This document shows, in pieces, positions 1 through 9,268 of a DNA stretch of 25,828 nt. The notes under the pieces were generated by a model that was not told the origin of the DNA, did no database searches, and worked only from the letters and a program-made list of their open reading frames with translations. The DNA is from Planctomycetota bacterium (GTDB taxonomy: Bacteria > Planctomycetota > UBA1135). A program made the translations under genes and the position numbers. How positions within the stretch are numbered: the first letter of the stretch is position 1; every line of letters begins with the position of its first letter. Location: positions 1 to 25,828 of the forward strand of contig JASFYO010000083.1 in the NCBI GenBank assembly GCA_045047305.1, read 5' to 3'.

Positions 1-970
1 TCATTTGCAGGTTTTCGGCAGCTTTCAGAGCCAGCAGAATGCGGCCACCTTCAGAGTTCAGCGCAGCCGTACGCAATTCATTGCGTAAAGCTTCCGCCTT
101 CTCCACAGCAAGATTGCCATTTGCAGAAGAGATCATTTTTTCGGCGCCGCCCTCTGCCATGGTTTCTGCAGCGTAAACTTCAGCGGCGCCATTAATCGTC
201 GCAACCAAAACATCGTATTCAGAACGCTTGATCTGAATACGCTTTTCCCACTCTTGATCCAAAGCCTTCTCTGCCGCAACAATCTTGCGCTCAATCAGGT
301 TCACCACCTTCTCTTCTTCCGCGACTCTGGTTTGAGCCACATCCAGCAGAGCCTTCTGGCGCAAGAACTGCTTATCCTGCAGTTTACTTTCATACTCGGG
401 CTGGAATGAGAAACGGCGAATCAAAATCGATTCTGCCACACAATGGAATTCAGCGAGGTCTGCAGATAACTGCGGAAGCACCTTCGTAACCAACTGCATG
501 CGACGGTCCGTAACCTGCAAATCCTCCGAAGACAACTTCGGCAACTGATCGCGCAAAAAGGATGTGACCCGTGAATTCACGCGCTCGCGGTACTGCAACT
601 TCAAACCTTCGGAAACGATTTGCCACGCTTCATTCGGCTTAATGCGATAAGCAATCGACACCTCGTAGGTAATCAAGTTGTTATCAGAAGTACGCACCGA
701 CAATGAATTCTCATAAGTATCCGTACTCGATGAGGTGTTCCCACGAGCGCCGGTAAAGTGAACAAAGTGAGTGGTCGCTGGTAGAAAGTGCCACTTATGA
801 TAACCACTGATTCCAAGGTGAAATCCTGTGGCGTAATCCTGATGCAAGATGCCGCCACCCCACTGGCTTTGCTTGACTCCAATCACGGCAGGGGGAACCC
901 GCTTAAACATGATGGCAGACACAATCGGGATCAGAATGAGAATGACAAGAACGGTAACGAGCTTTTTCAT
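1..970 (-). CDS. SPFH (band 7/prohibitin/HflC-like) domain membrane protein, 3' end outside the window
   Basis: Not in the ORF track because it runs off the edge. Translated by hand from ATG 970: MKKLVTVLVILILIPIVSAIMFKRVPPAVIGVKQSQWGGG...GFHLGISGYHKWHFLP...VRTSDNNLITYEVSIAYRI...ESILIRRFSFQPEYESKLQDKQ. This gives an N-terminal TM helix, an SPFH core and an Ala/Glu-rich coiled coil. The start overlaps the upstream stop (TAATG). Confidence 0.85.
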   Translation of the reverse strand, partial: MKKLVTVLVILILIPIVSAIMFKRVPPAVIGVKQSQWGGGILHQDYATGFHLGISGYHKWHFLPATTHFVHFTGARGNTSSSTDTYENSLSVRTSDNNLITYEVSIAYRIKPNEAWQIVSEGLKLQYRERVNSRVTSFLRDQLPKLSSEDLQVTDRRMQLVTKVLPQLSADLAEFHCVAESILIRRFSFQPEYESKLQDKQFLRQKALLDVAQTRVAEEEKVVNLIERKIVAAEKALDQEWEKRIQIKRSEYDVLVATINGAAEVYAAETMAEGGAEKMISSANGNLAVEKAEALRNELRTAALNSEGGRILLALKAAENLQM

Positions 971-2169
971 TATCGATTTCCTCCATTGGAAATACCGGGG
1001 ATTAAGCCCAGATGCTCAATCCTAGTTGGTGAAGGGTCACGGCGGTAAGGCACGATTTCAAACTCGATCATGGCAAACTTCTTGGCCAATGCTTCACGCA
1101 CCAGAATGTCGCCGCGCGCGGCTAGCGCCTCTACCTTTGCACGCAGCCCTTCGGCCTCCTTCTGTGCCAATTCGGTCAAACCACGAGCTTTCTGTAGAGA
1201 TTCACCTTCATCCGCTTGGCCTTCAGCAACCAAACGGATGCGATAGGCGTCGGCCGATTTTGTGGTGCGGACGGCATCCTTTTCGGCACTAATGCGGTCC
1301 ATCTCCATGACGCCAACTAACACCTCGAACTCCGTTGCCTTGTCACGCTCAATGTCCGCCAAACGGCGCTCGCGCTCACGCTGCAACTGAATGGCCTCGG
1401 CCTTTAATTTCTCCACTTCCTGATCAGCAACTTTGCGTTGCTCAATCGCGCGCTCGTACTGCGCTTCGAAGTTTGGCTTTGGAGTAAGAATCTGCATGAT
1501 GTAAATACCATGTGCATCTAACATCTCATTCAAGCGTATCCGCGATTCATCGGTAGCAATCTTTCGACTTCCCGAATCGGCAATCTCCTCGGTGGAGAAA
1601 CGACCAAACTCATCCCGTAACACCGAGCGAGCATAGGACTTCACCCAGTTCTCCTTAAAACGATCTCCGGGACCAGAATCGTGCAACACGATATTTGCCT
1701 TACCCGGAATCAAGCGATACTGAATCTCTAGTTTTTCAAACCAGAAGTTCGAGCCATCCTTCGCGCGCACAGTCAACTTACGTACATGGTTGGCGGAACG
1801 GGTTTGTTCGCCCTCCATGAGGAAATTGTTTGGTGACTTATCAAACACGAAAGCTTGCGCCACAAAGGGAAGGAATATTTTGTAGCCCGGGCGGTCTACA
1901 ATTTCTACCTCACCGGTGAGGTAGTTCACAATCACCGCAACCTCGGTGTCTTGCACCTCAATAATGCCGCCCTTGCCCGAAATGAAGGCGCCTACGAGCA
2001 CCACCAAAACAGTCAAAACCAGCACACCAGTCACGAGTAATTTCTTATTCACTTCTGGAAGCTGAGGCATGGAACCACCGCCACCAAAATTTGGTGTTCG
2101 CGGGGGTTGGGGAGGGCGCGGGGGCTTGCCGCCGCCACCCAAGTCGGGAAAGTCAGAGGAGGAACTCAT
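970..2169 (-). CDS. SPFH (HflK/flotillin-like) domain membrane protein
   Basis: Start placed at MSSSSDFPDLGG (ATG 2169), because the ORF-track extension overlaps the divergent gene. Gly/Pro-rich N-tail, one TM helix, SPFH core (EVAVIVNYLTGEV..PGYKIFLPF; LTVRAKDG; IQYRL), and a long C-terminal coiled coil (YERAIEQRKVADQEVEKLKAE...). Confidence 0.85.
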   Translation of the reverse strand: MSSSSDFPDLGGGGKPPRPPQPPRTPNFGGGGSMPQLPEVNKKLLVTGVLVLTVLVVLVGAFISGKGGIIEVQDTEVAVIVNYLTGEVEIVDRPGYKIFLPFVAQAFVFDKSPNNFLMEGEQTRSANHVRKLTVRAKDGSNFWFEKLEIQYRLIPGKANIVLHDSGPGDRFKENWVKSYARSVLRDEFGRFSTEEIADSGSRKIATDESRIRLNEMLDAHGIYIMQILTPKPNFEAQYERAIEQRKVADQEVEKLKAEAIQLQRERERRLADIERDKATEFEVLVGVMEMDRISAEKDAVRTTKSADAYRIRLVAEGQADEGESLQKARGLTELAQKEAEGLRAKVEALAARGDILVREALAKKFAMIEFEIVPYRRDPSPTRIEHLGLIPGISNGGNR

Positions 2170-2197
2170 GATGTTAATTACGCGCAGGATAACGACT

Positions 2198-2226
2198 TTG
2201 AAGGAAGATTCCCGCAATCCTATGCT
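2198..2226 (+). promoter_or_regulatory. sigma-70-type promoter, probably leaderless, for the EEP gene
   Basis: TTGAAG (2198-2203), 17-nt spacer, TATGCT (2221-2226), then 7 nt to ATG 2234. No Shine-Dalgarno sequence. Confidence 0.6.
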
Positions 2227-2233
2227 TCTCTGC

Positions 2234-3205
2234 ATGAGTTCTCGGAATCGCCGCAAGGCACCGCTATTGCCACGCCTTTTTTTACTTGGCCTCACCACCA
2301 GCTCTATATTCAGCTTTGTCGGTGCAGAAGTCCCATGGTTCAGCCTTTTTAGCCATTTCCAGCTCTATTCCGCTGCAGCCTGGCTGGTTTTCTTACTCCT
2401 CTTCAAGTTCCTACCCGCCTTCCCACGTGCCTTTTGGCGCCCCCAACGGATTCCCATCTTGGCGTGCTTTTTTCTGTTCGGGCACCTCCTTTTTATCGCC
2501 AGTCTTTGGCTGCCAGGCTCTGCACCAGACCTCGAATCTCCAGATAAGGTCGACATCGTGTGGTTCAACATGATGTTCAAACCCACCGCCCTGCAGCAAC
2601 TAGAAGATATCTTGGCCGACGACTTGCCGGATATCATCGCTTTGGGCGAAATTGCCCCCAAAACAGAGGTCAGCCTACCTGGTTACCCCTATCAGTTGCG
2701 CTCCGCCAAGGATTACATTCTCATCGTTTCCAAGTTCCCGTTGGAAAGAGCAAAGCTCGTGCAGACGCCAAGCCGTGGGCGCGAACAGCCCAGCGCAAGA
2801 GTGGTGGTTGGCCGCCGTCGCTTTGACTTGGTAGCGGTGCACATGCGGCAGCCGGTATACCCTTCGCACTACCAGGAAATGCAGGTCATTGCAGAAACTG
2901 CCTACAAGGTCGACCAAGCGATTTTGATTGGCGACTTCAACACCACCGTTTGGTCGGCGGAATTCCGCCGTCTGTGCCGCGATGCGGACTTACAACATGG
3001 GCGCCAAGGCCGCGGCATTCTCAACACTTGGTCGCTCGGTCCCAGACGTTGGATACCTTTGCCGATTGATCACATGTTGTACAAAGGCGAAATTGAAATG
3101 ACCGACTTTGAATTAATGGATTGGACCTACAGCGATCACCGCCCCATTCGTGGGAAGTTCCTCTTAGGTGGAAAACGTCAGCGCAAGGCTGCGAGCAATC
3201 TCTAG
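2234..3205 (+). CDS. Endonuclease/exonuclease/phosphatase (EEP) family protein with N-terminal TM helices
   Basis: Motifs WFNM, ALGEI, VAVH, IGDFN, PIDHMLY and SDHRPI follow about three hydrophobic helices. Start placed at MSSRNRRK (2234). Confidence 0.85.
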   Translation: MSSRNRRKAPLLPRLFLLGLTTSSIFSFVGAEVPWFSLFSHFQLYSAAAWLVFLLLFKFLPAFPRAFWRPQRIPILACFFLFGHLLFIASLWLPGSAPDLESPDKVDIVWFNMMFKPTALQQLEDILADDLPDIIALGEIAPKTEVSLPGYPYQLRSAKDYILIVSKFPLERAKLVQTPSRGREQPSARVVVGRRRFDLVAVHMRQPVYPSHYQEMQVIAETAYKVDQAILIGDFNTTVWSAEFRRLCRDADLQHGRQGRGILNTWSLGPRRWIPLPIDHMLYKGEIEMTDFELMDWTYSDHRPIRGKFLLGGKRQRKAASNL

Positions 3206-4078
3206 CGGATCGCCGCCTTCTTTCATGGGAATTTGAACCATCCCTGGGAAAGAACGTAACCACGTCATTTGGCGTCGGATCAGAACGTGCGTCTTAGTGA
3301 TGCCTTTCTGCACCGCCTCTTCCAAACTACATTTACCATCTAGATAATCCAGGATTTGGCTGTAGCCAATCGCCTTGGCAGCAGTGCGTCCGAATCCTCC
3401 GCCAGCGCGAATCGCTTGCACTTCCTCAAGCAAACCAGCAGCAAGCATGGTTTCAAACCGTTGCACCACCCGCGCACGTAGAGTTTCGCGTGGCCAGTCT
3501 AAAAGCGCAACCGGAGCGGTCACAGCGCACTGCACTTGCCACTGCGATTGCCAATCACTCAAGGCCTTTCCAGTTTGACGATAGGTTTCTAAGGCACGCT
3601 GCAGGCGACGGGTGTCGTTTCGATGAATGCGTTCCCACGCTGCAGGGTCAACCCGCAAAAGCTCGGCACGTAAGGCCTCTACCTCTCCTCGCTGTAAGGA
3701 AGCCTGGATTGCATCACGGATATCCTGCGAGGCCTCGGGAACTTCCAGCAATCCAAACATGAGAGCCTTGAACCACATTGTGGTACCACCGACATACAGC
3801 GCTGCTTTTCCGCGGGCGCACAAATCCTTTTCGACTGCGGTTGTGGCGTCTAAATAATGCTTAACCGAGAAGTCTTCGGAGGGGGCGACCACATCAATCA
3901 AGTGGTGTGGCACGGTACCCCGCTCTTCATGGCTAGGCTTCGCGGTACCGATATCCATACCCTGGTACACCAACATCGAATCTAAGGAAACGATTTCTGC
4001 GTCTAACATTCCTGCCAAGGCCAAAGACACACTGGTTTTCCCAGAAGCCGTCGGCCCGAGTAAGAAATAACGCTGCAC
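3164..4078 (-). CDS. miaA: tRNA dimethylallyltransferase
   Basis: GPTASGKT, DSMLVY, MDIGTAKP, PHHLID, VGGT, RRLQRALE, AIGY and RRQMTW motifs. GTG start. Confidence 0.96.
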   Translation of the reverse strand: MQRYFLLGPTASGKTSVSLALAGMLDAEIVSLDSMLVYQGMDIGTAKPSHEERGTVPHHLIDVVAPSEDFSVKHYLDATTAVEKDLCARGKAALYVGGTTMWFKALMFGLLEVPEASQDIRDAIQASLQRGEVEALRAELLRVDPAAWERIHRNDTRRLQRALETYRQTGKALSDWQSQWQVQCAVTAPVALLDWPRETLRARVVQRFETMLAAGLLEEVQAIRAGGGFGRTAAKAIGYSQILDYLDGKCSLEEAVQKGITKTHVLIRRQMTWLRSFPGMVQIPMKEGGDPLEIARSLALTFST

Positions 4079-4079
4079 T

Positions 4080-5372
4080 TTAGGCCTCTTTAGCCTCCGG
4101 AATCAGTACTGCCACCGCAGACCGCTTCGGGAGGAACATTTCCTCGGCACGGGCGACTACTTCTTCAAACTCAATCTCACCCAAGATATCGAGTGTTGAG
4201 AAAGGCGCGACGCGTTCCAACATAGCATTCAGAATGCTGCCAGCCAGAGCGCTCGGAGTTTGCAAGCCGCTTACCAAGCCTCCCCAAGCTGCACGTTTCA
4301 GACGTGAGAAATCCGTTTTGTTTAAGCCTCCTGCAACAAAATCAGCCGCCGCCTTGCGCACGACTTTGACAAAGGCCTTAGGGTCATCACACACGCCCGA
4401 AACGATGACGTGCCCCCAATCCTTATCACTTGACCAGTAAGCATTGAAGCTATCGTCGATATCCCCATTCCGATAGAGGCGTTCATGAGTCTCGCTGGAA
4501 GAATCAAACGCCAAATCCAAAACAAGACTACTCAAAACGCGTTGGCGCAAACGCGCACGACCATCGGCTAAACCCGCCGGTTCACGCCAACCAATCCATA
4601 CGTGTGGGCGGGTGACGGAAAACGGTTTTTCCAACCACGCCTCTGCCGGCAACGCACGCTCTTGCGGATAGAGTTTTTCCGCGAGTGGACCATCCGGTGC
4701 ATCGAGCAAATTCTCTAAGCGCCGCAACACCTTGTCGATATCGAAATCTCCGGTGAGCGCCAAACGCATCGCACGCGGACGATAGAAACCATCGAAGCAC
4801 GCCTGTAGTTCCGCGGCATTGATTCTACGCACATCCTCCACCGAACCACCTGGTTCGATGCGGATTCCATGATTCTCGTATAGGGCTTCGTGCAGTAGGA
4901 AGGTACCGCAGAATCCAGGATGATCGCCATACATGCGCACTTCCTGCTCAATGATGCCACGCTCCTTGTCGACGCGTTCATCGGTGATGATTGGGTGCTG
5001 CACAAAGTCCACCAGGACCTCCAGGCAATCTAAATAATGATCGGTGGTGGTGAAATGGTAGTTGGTCGTACGGAAGGAAGTGCCGCCATTGAACTCAGCG
5101 CCTAAACGTCCAAAGCGATCAAAAACTTTGTCTTCGCGCCCTTCAAACAACTTATGTTCGAGGTAATGCGCACTCCCGGAAGGCACTTCCACCACCTCTC
5201 CCGAAGGCATGCGGAAACGCATATCAGTGCTACCAAAGCGCAAACCAAAGTAGCCACTTGCCGTGGTAAATCCTGGGGTGCGGCACAATGCGATATCAAC
5301 GCCATTGCTGCTACGCGCGAAAGTAACCTCTTCACCCGCTTGCTCGTGTTTCAACGTTTCGAGAATTTTCAT
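4080..5372 (-). CDS. M16 family zinc peptidase, active subunit (YmfH-like)
   Basis: Inverted zinc motif HYLEH in GSAHYLEHKLFE, plus VDKERGIIEQEVRMY, closely resembling Bacillus YmfH as I recall it. Confidence 0.9.
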   Translation of the reverse strand: MKILETLKHEQAGEEVTFARSSNGVDIALCRTPGFTTASGYFGLRFGSTDMRFRMPSGEVVEVPSGSAHYLEHKLFEGREDKVFDRFGRLGAEFNGGTSFRTTNYHFTTTDHYLDCLEVLVDFVQHPIITDERVDKERGIIEQEVRMYGDHPGFCGTFLLHEALYENHGIRIEPGGSVEDVRRINAAELQACFDGFYRPRAMRLALTGDFDIDKVLRRLENLLDAPDGPLAEKLYPQERALPAEAWLEKPFSVTRPHVWIGWREPAGLADGRARLRQRVLSSLVLDLAFDSSSETHERLYRNGDIDDSFNAYWSSDKDWGHVIVSGVCDDPKAFVKVVRKAAADFVAGGLNKTDFSRLKRAAWGGLVSGLQTPSALAGSILNAMLERVAPFSTLDILGEIEFEEVVARAEEMFLPKRSAVAVLIPEAKEA

Positions 5373-6664
5373 GCTTTCACCAACTCTGCACTAGGCGCCA
5401 AAAGGTAAACCGAATCTGCCTGGAAGCGACGTGCCGCCTCTGCGATTTCATCTGGCTTCAAATCCTGCAACATCTCCGCCCGTTGCGCTGGCGTCCGCCG
5501 CAAACCGGCCCAATGTTCACGCAAATGATAATTCGCCAAACGTGCACCGGAATCGGAGAGTCCACGCAAGCGATCGAGTCGGTTGACTAGCGCAAACTGG
5601 ATTTCCTCGGCGGTGGGACCGTTCTCCTGCAAATCCTTCAGTTGCGTTTCCACTTCGCCGCGAACTTCCGCATAAGCATCGGCATCGATGCCTGCAGACA
5701 CGGTCATTAATCCTTTCTGCGAACGCAACATGGAGTAAATGCCGTACGCCAGCGACTTTTCTTCCCGCACCACGCGGAAAAGACGGCCGTGGGCGCCGCC
5801 ACCTAAGATGCTGCACGCAAGGCCAAGCGCTTCATGCGCACGCGGCGTTTGCGGCTGCTCAAAGCGGTATCCATAGTGAAACTGCGCCTGCTCCATAGGC
5901 AGCTCTTCGCGAAACTCGCGAAGTTCTCCGGGGGTCCGATGCACGATTTCTGGAAGCGCTGCAATCGGTGCGCGGCGGCCGAACCAATCTTTGAGCCAGG
6001 TTTCAACCAGGTCAACGTCGCAAGGGCCAACCACAATGCAGGTGATTTTGGCTTGCTTTAATAAGTGAAGGCGCGCGGCTTCGAGGGCGTCGGCAGTGAG
6101 GTCATGAACCGCTTGCTCGGATTCCCAAGGCAACAAACCGTAGGGCTCACCATCGCACATCTTTTCTAGAAAGCGCTCTTCGGCATAGGCCGAGCGATCA
6201 TCTTTGCGTTCGCGGATTCGTTTCAGTGCCGAGCTGCGTTCTCTTTCCAGAGTTTCCACATCAAATGAGGAGCCGTTGGTGCCGCGCCGTGGCTTATCCA
6301 AAAGGCCTCGGGCGAGCCCCAGTAAGCGTGGCTGAACTAACTCTTCTGGTGGCAAAAAACGATCGCCCACCCAGCCCAGATTCATCGTCACCCGGTGGTA
6401 TTCCATGGAACGATCGGCATAGAGAGAGCAGTTTGCCCCGTACAGGTCTTGCAAGGCGCGTGTGACCTGCAGTCGGCTGGGAAGGGTGTCGGTGCCTTGA
6501 GTTAAAACTTCCGCGAGCAGAGTCCGTGCAGCACGTCCCCCGTCCAGAGGAAGGTCGAATGTGAGGCTCAGCTGCGCACGCTTAAAGCGCGGCTCGGGCA
6601 AGCATAAAAGCTCAACCCCTTCCGCTGGCTCACGGAGTTCAGGAATGGTCTGCAAAAAGCCCAT
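5369..6664 (-). CDS. M16 family peptidase, inactive partner subunit (YmfF-like)
   Basis: Lacks HxxEH. C-terminal LGGGAHGRLFRVVREEKSLAYGIYS is the M16 R/Y motif. ATGA overlap with the downstream active subunit. Confidence 0.85.
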   Translation of the reverse strand: MGFLQTIPELREPAEGVELLCLPEPRFKRAQLSLTFDLPLDGGRAARTLLAEVLTQGTDTLPSRLQVTRALQDLYGANCSLYADRSMEYHRVTMNLGWVGDRFLPPEELVQPRLLGLARGLLDKPRRGTNGSSFDVETLERERSSALKRIRERKDDRSAYAEERFLEKMCDGEPYGLLPWESEQAVHDLTADALEAARLHLLKQAKITCIVVGPCDVDLVETWLKDWFGRRAPIAALPEIVHRTPGELREFREELPMEQAQFHYGYRFEQPQTPRAHEALGLACSILGGGAHGRLFRVVREEKSLAYGIYSMLRSQKGLMTVSAGIDADAYAEVRGEVETQLKDLQENGPTAEEIQFALVNRLDRLRGLSDSGARLANYHLREHWAGLRRTPAQRAEMLQDLKPDEIAEAARRFQADSVYLLAPSAELVKA

Positions 6665-6672
6665 GTGTTGCG

Positions 6673-6679
6673 TATCCTA
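6673..6679. promoter_or_regulatory. Candidate overlapping bidirectional -10 elements
   Basis: TATCCTA in a 35-bp divergent gap reads TATCCT on + (6673-6678) and TAGGAT on - (6679-6674). The minus-strand box is 9 nt before ATG 6664. Confidence 0.4.
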
Positions 6680-6699
6680 TTCTGTCGCACCGGATTCCC

Positions 6700-7545
6700 A
6701 TGCTGTTTTGCCTACTTAGCCTGCTTCTTTTTCAACAACCTGCTCCTGTTGAGGTGCCTGAGGTTGTCGAACCCCCTATCGAGCCTCAAACCGAGCTTGT
6801 CATGCCCGCCATCGAAGCGGCCGACCCTGCGCAAGAAGCCGCCGAGTTGCTCCAAGCTGTGGCCGAGGCCCAATTTCCTAGCAAAAAGGGCGTTTATGTC
6901 GACGGCCTGAACATGAAGGTGCAAGCGAATCAGCTGGGTGAGCATCCGCGCCTAGTGGAATTCAATGTGTTTTACACCACCGTAGGCGGCGAGGAGTTGG
7001 AGCTCATCATTGATGACCCGGACCGCGGCGGACGTGTAGCCAAAGGCTTCTCCGGCCGCGACTATTGGCTGAGTGAAGGCGACAACAAGCGCTTGACCTT
7101 ATCCGGCCACGAGTACACCAAGGACCGCGAAGCTATCGATGAAGCCATGCAGCTGTGCTCCGATTTGCTGCTCTTGGTCGACCTGCGCAGCTTAATTCGC
7201 TACGACTCGCCGCAAGGACTCAGCACTCTTGAAGACGGCACGCGGATTGTGTTTGGCGCCAAGCAACTCAGTGATGGATTGCTGTGGGATTATCGCCTAG
7301 CGATTCCTGGCGACAGTTTGCAGCCCTCCTGGCTGGAGGTCCAACACGTGACTGCCGCGAAGCTCGATGCCGATGGCGTTGAAATCGAAGCACCTCAGGT
7401 GCTTTATCAACGTTTTGAGATGATTGCCTACAAACGCTTCGCCGGACGCAATGTGGCGCAAGGCATTCGCGTTTTTAACTCCAGGAAGAGCACCATGCCG
7501 GATCAGAAGATCCTGCTGGAGCGCTTCACCTGGAGCAGCCACTGA
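6700..7545 (+). CDS. Secreted hypothetical protein (possible LolA-like beta-sheet fold)
   Basis: 281-aa ORF that exactly fills the gap between the M16 gene and mutL. Hydrophobic N-terminus, Pro/Glu-rich linker, then a helix and many beta-strand-like segments. The fold is a guess. Confidence 0.7.
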   Translation: MLFCLLSLLLFQQPAPVEVPEVVEPPIEPQTELVMPAIEAADPAQEAAELLQAVAEAQFPSKKGVYVDGLNMKVQANQLGEHPRLVEFNVFYTTVGGEELELIIDDPDRGGRVAKGFSGRDYWLSEGDNKRLTLSGHEYTKDREAIDEAMQLCSDLLLLVDLRSLIRYDSPQGLSTLEDGTRIVFGAKQLSDGLLWDYRLAIPGDSLQPSWLEVQHVTAAKLDADGVEIEAPQVLYQRFEMIAYKRFAGRNVAQGIRVFNSRKSTMPDQKILLERFTWSSH

Positions 7546-7549
7546 GCTG

Positions 7550-9268
7550 TTAACGCCGGTAGAAGGCGCGTTCCAGATCTTCAATCGAGAGAAACACGCG
7601 CACTGGACGTCCGTGGGCACAAGTGCGGTCTTGCGGCAGGTGAGAGCCGCGCTTGATGAGATCCTCTAAGGCCGTGGCATCGAGGTGGTCCCCTGCCATG
7701 ACCGCGCCACGGCAGGACATGGAGAACAACATCTCTTCCTGGATTTGGTCCGGCGAGGCTTCTCGAAAGCTAGACGCGATATCGAGTAAATCGCGCACCA
7801 GTTTTTCCGGGTGCAATCGAGTCAGACGCGCAGGGATTCCACGAATCGCGAGGGTCGTCTCGCCAAAGGCTTCAATGTCGACCCCTAATTTGCGGAAGGT
7901 ATCCGCCTTGTGCAACAGCAAGTCCAACTCCGTGCGCGACAAATCCACCAATGATGGCACCAACAAAGGCTGCATGACTACAGCGCCATTTTGCAATTCC
8001 TTGCGCAGCTCCTCTAAGTTGACTCGTTCATGCAGTGCATGTTGATCAACGATTTCCACGCCACCGGCAACGGCACGAAAAAGAAAAGTATTGGCAACCG
8101 AAAGGAACTGGCCTTTGCCGCGATCTTCCGCGGCGACTTCCATCGGCAAATGCGGAGTCACTCCCATCGGCAAGGGGTCCGTTTGCAGGTTATCGGCACG
8201 TTGCCATGAGGGTGCAGGAAAGGAGCGTCCCTCTTGCATACTGCTAGAACCCACGGCGCCAACCGCACGCGTAGCCCATGGCGCCGAGGCTAGGCCTCTA
8301 CGCAGAGTATTGACTACGGTTCCAAAGACTAATCGATCGTCGCGAAAACGTACTTCCGTTTTTTGCGGGTGCACGTTGACATCCACTCGATCAGGATTGA
8401 TGTGCAGGGAGAGAAAAAGGGTGGGGTAATGTCCGATGGGGACAAACTCCTTCACGCCTTCGCGAACCGCACGTAAAAGCCGTGCATCGCGAACCCAGCG
8501 TCCGTTGAGGAACAAATGCACCCTGCGCGCATCCCTTCGAGCGCTTTCAGGCGGCCCAATGCGTGCCAAGCAAGAAAGAGGATCACCTGGGGCATCAATC
8601 TCCACCATGTTTTTGGAGAGGCCTTTACCAAACACGGCAGCGCAACGGGCTTCTAAATCATCTTCCGCATGCACCTCAAAGGTGAGCTTGCCATCGTGCT
8701 CAAAGCGAAAGCCAATGCCTTCGTGGACCAAGGCCAAGCGTTCCACCCAGGCTTGCGCATGCGAAGCCTCGGTCGATGCGCGTTTCATAAATTTCCGTCT
8801 GGCTGGCAGCTCTGCAAATAAGTCTTCGACCAAGAACCGCGTGCCTTTGGGCGAGGAAGCTTCATGCAGTTCTCCAATACGACCGAAATTCACTTCTAAC
8901 TCGGTGCCGACCCGACAATCATGCGGGCGAGAAACCACCTTCAAGCGCGCCACAGACGCAATCGAGGCCAAGGCTTCGCCACGGAATCCTAAGGAGGCAA
9001 TGGCTTCCAAATCAGAAGGCACGCTCAACTTCGACGTTGCATGGGAAGTGACTGCTAACAACAAGTCTTCCGCTGCAATGCCGCTGCCATTGTCTCGGAC
9101 TTCAATTTTGCGCACGCCGCCCTCTTCGAGCGAGACCTCAATCCGAGTGGCGCCGGCATCAATCGCGTTCTCCACCATCTCCTTGACTACGGAGGCTGGG
9201 CGCTCCACCACTTCGCCTGCAGCAATTTGGTCGATGACAACCGGGGCGAGCCGATGAATCCGACTCAT
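7550..9268 (-). CDS. mutL: DNA mismatch repair endonuclease MutL
   Basis: IAAGEVVERPASVVKE, GFRGEAL and VDVNVHPQKTEVRF. Endonuclease motifs DQHALHERVNLE, SCR and CAHGRP, and clamp-binding QPLLVP, indicate the MutH-independent type. Confidence 0.97.
   Translation of the reverse strand: MSRIHRLAPVVIDQIAAGEVVERPASVVKEMVENAIDAGATRIEVSLEEGGVRKIEVRDNGSGIAAEDLLLAVTSHATSKLSVPSDLEAIASLGFRGEALASIASVARLKVVSRPHDCRVGTELEVNFGRIGELHEASSPKGTRFLVEDLFAELPARRKFMKRASTEASHAQAWVERLALVHEGIGFRFEHDGKLTFEVHAEDDLEARCAAVFGKGLSKNMVEIDAPGDPLSCLARIGPPESARRDARRVHLFLNGRWVRDARLLRAVREGVKEFVPIGHYPTLFLSLHINPDRVDVNVHPQKTEVRFRDDRLVFGTVVNTLRRGLASAPWATRAVGAVGSSSMQEGRSFPAPSWQRADNLQTDPLPMGVTPHLPMEVAAEDRGKGQFLSVANTFLFRAVAGGVEIVDQHALHERVNLEELRKELQNGAVVMQPLLVPSLVDLSRTELDLLLHKADTFRKLGVDIEAFGETTLAIRGIPARLTRLHPEKLVRDLLDIASSFREASPDQIQEEMLFSMSCRGAVMAGDHLDATALEDLIKRGSHLPQDRTCAHGRPVRVFLSIEDLERAFYRR

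Noticed and set aside
2069..2298. Apparent head-to-head overlap of the SPFH and EEP ORFs
   Set aside because: Artefact of longest-ORF calling. Starts at 2169 and 2234 leave a 64-bp gap containing a good promoter.
8436..9257. 273-aa ORF antisense to mutL
   Set aside because: It lies entirely opposite a conserved gene and has Ser/Ala/Arg-rich composition typical of a shadow ORF, with no recognisable motif.
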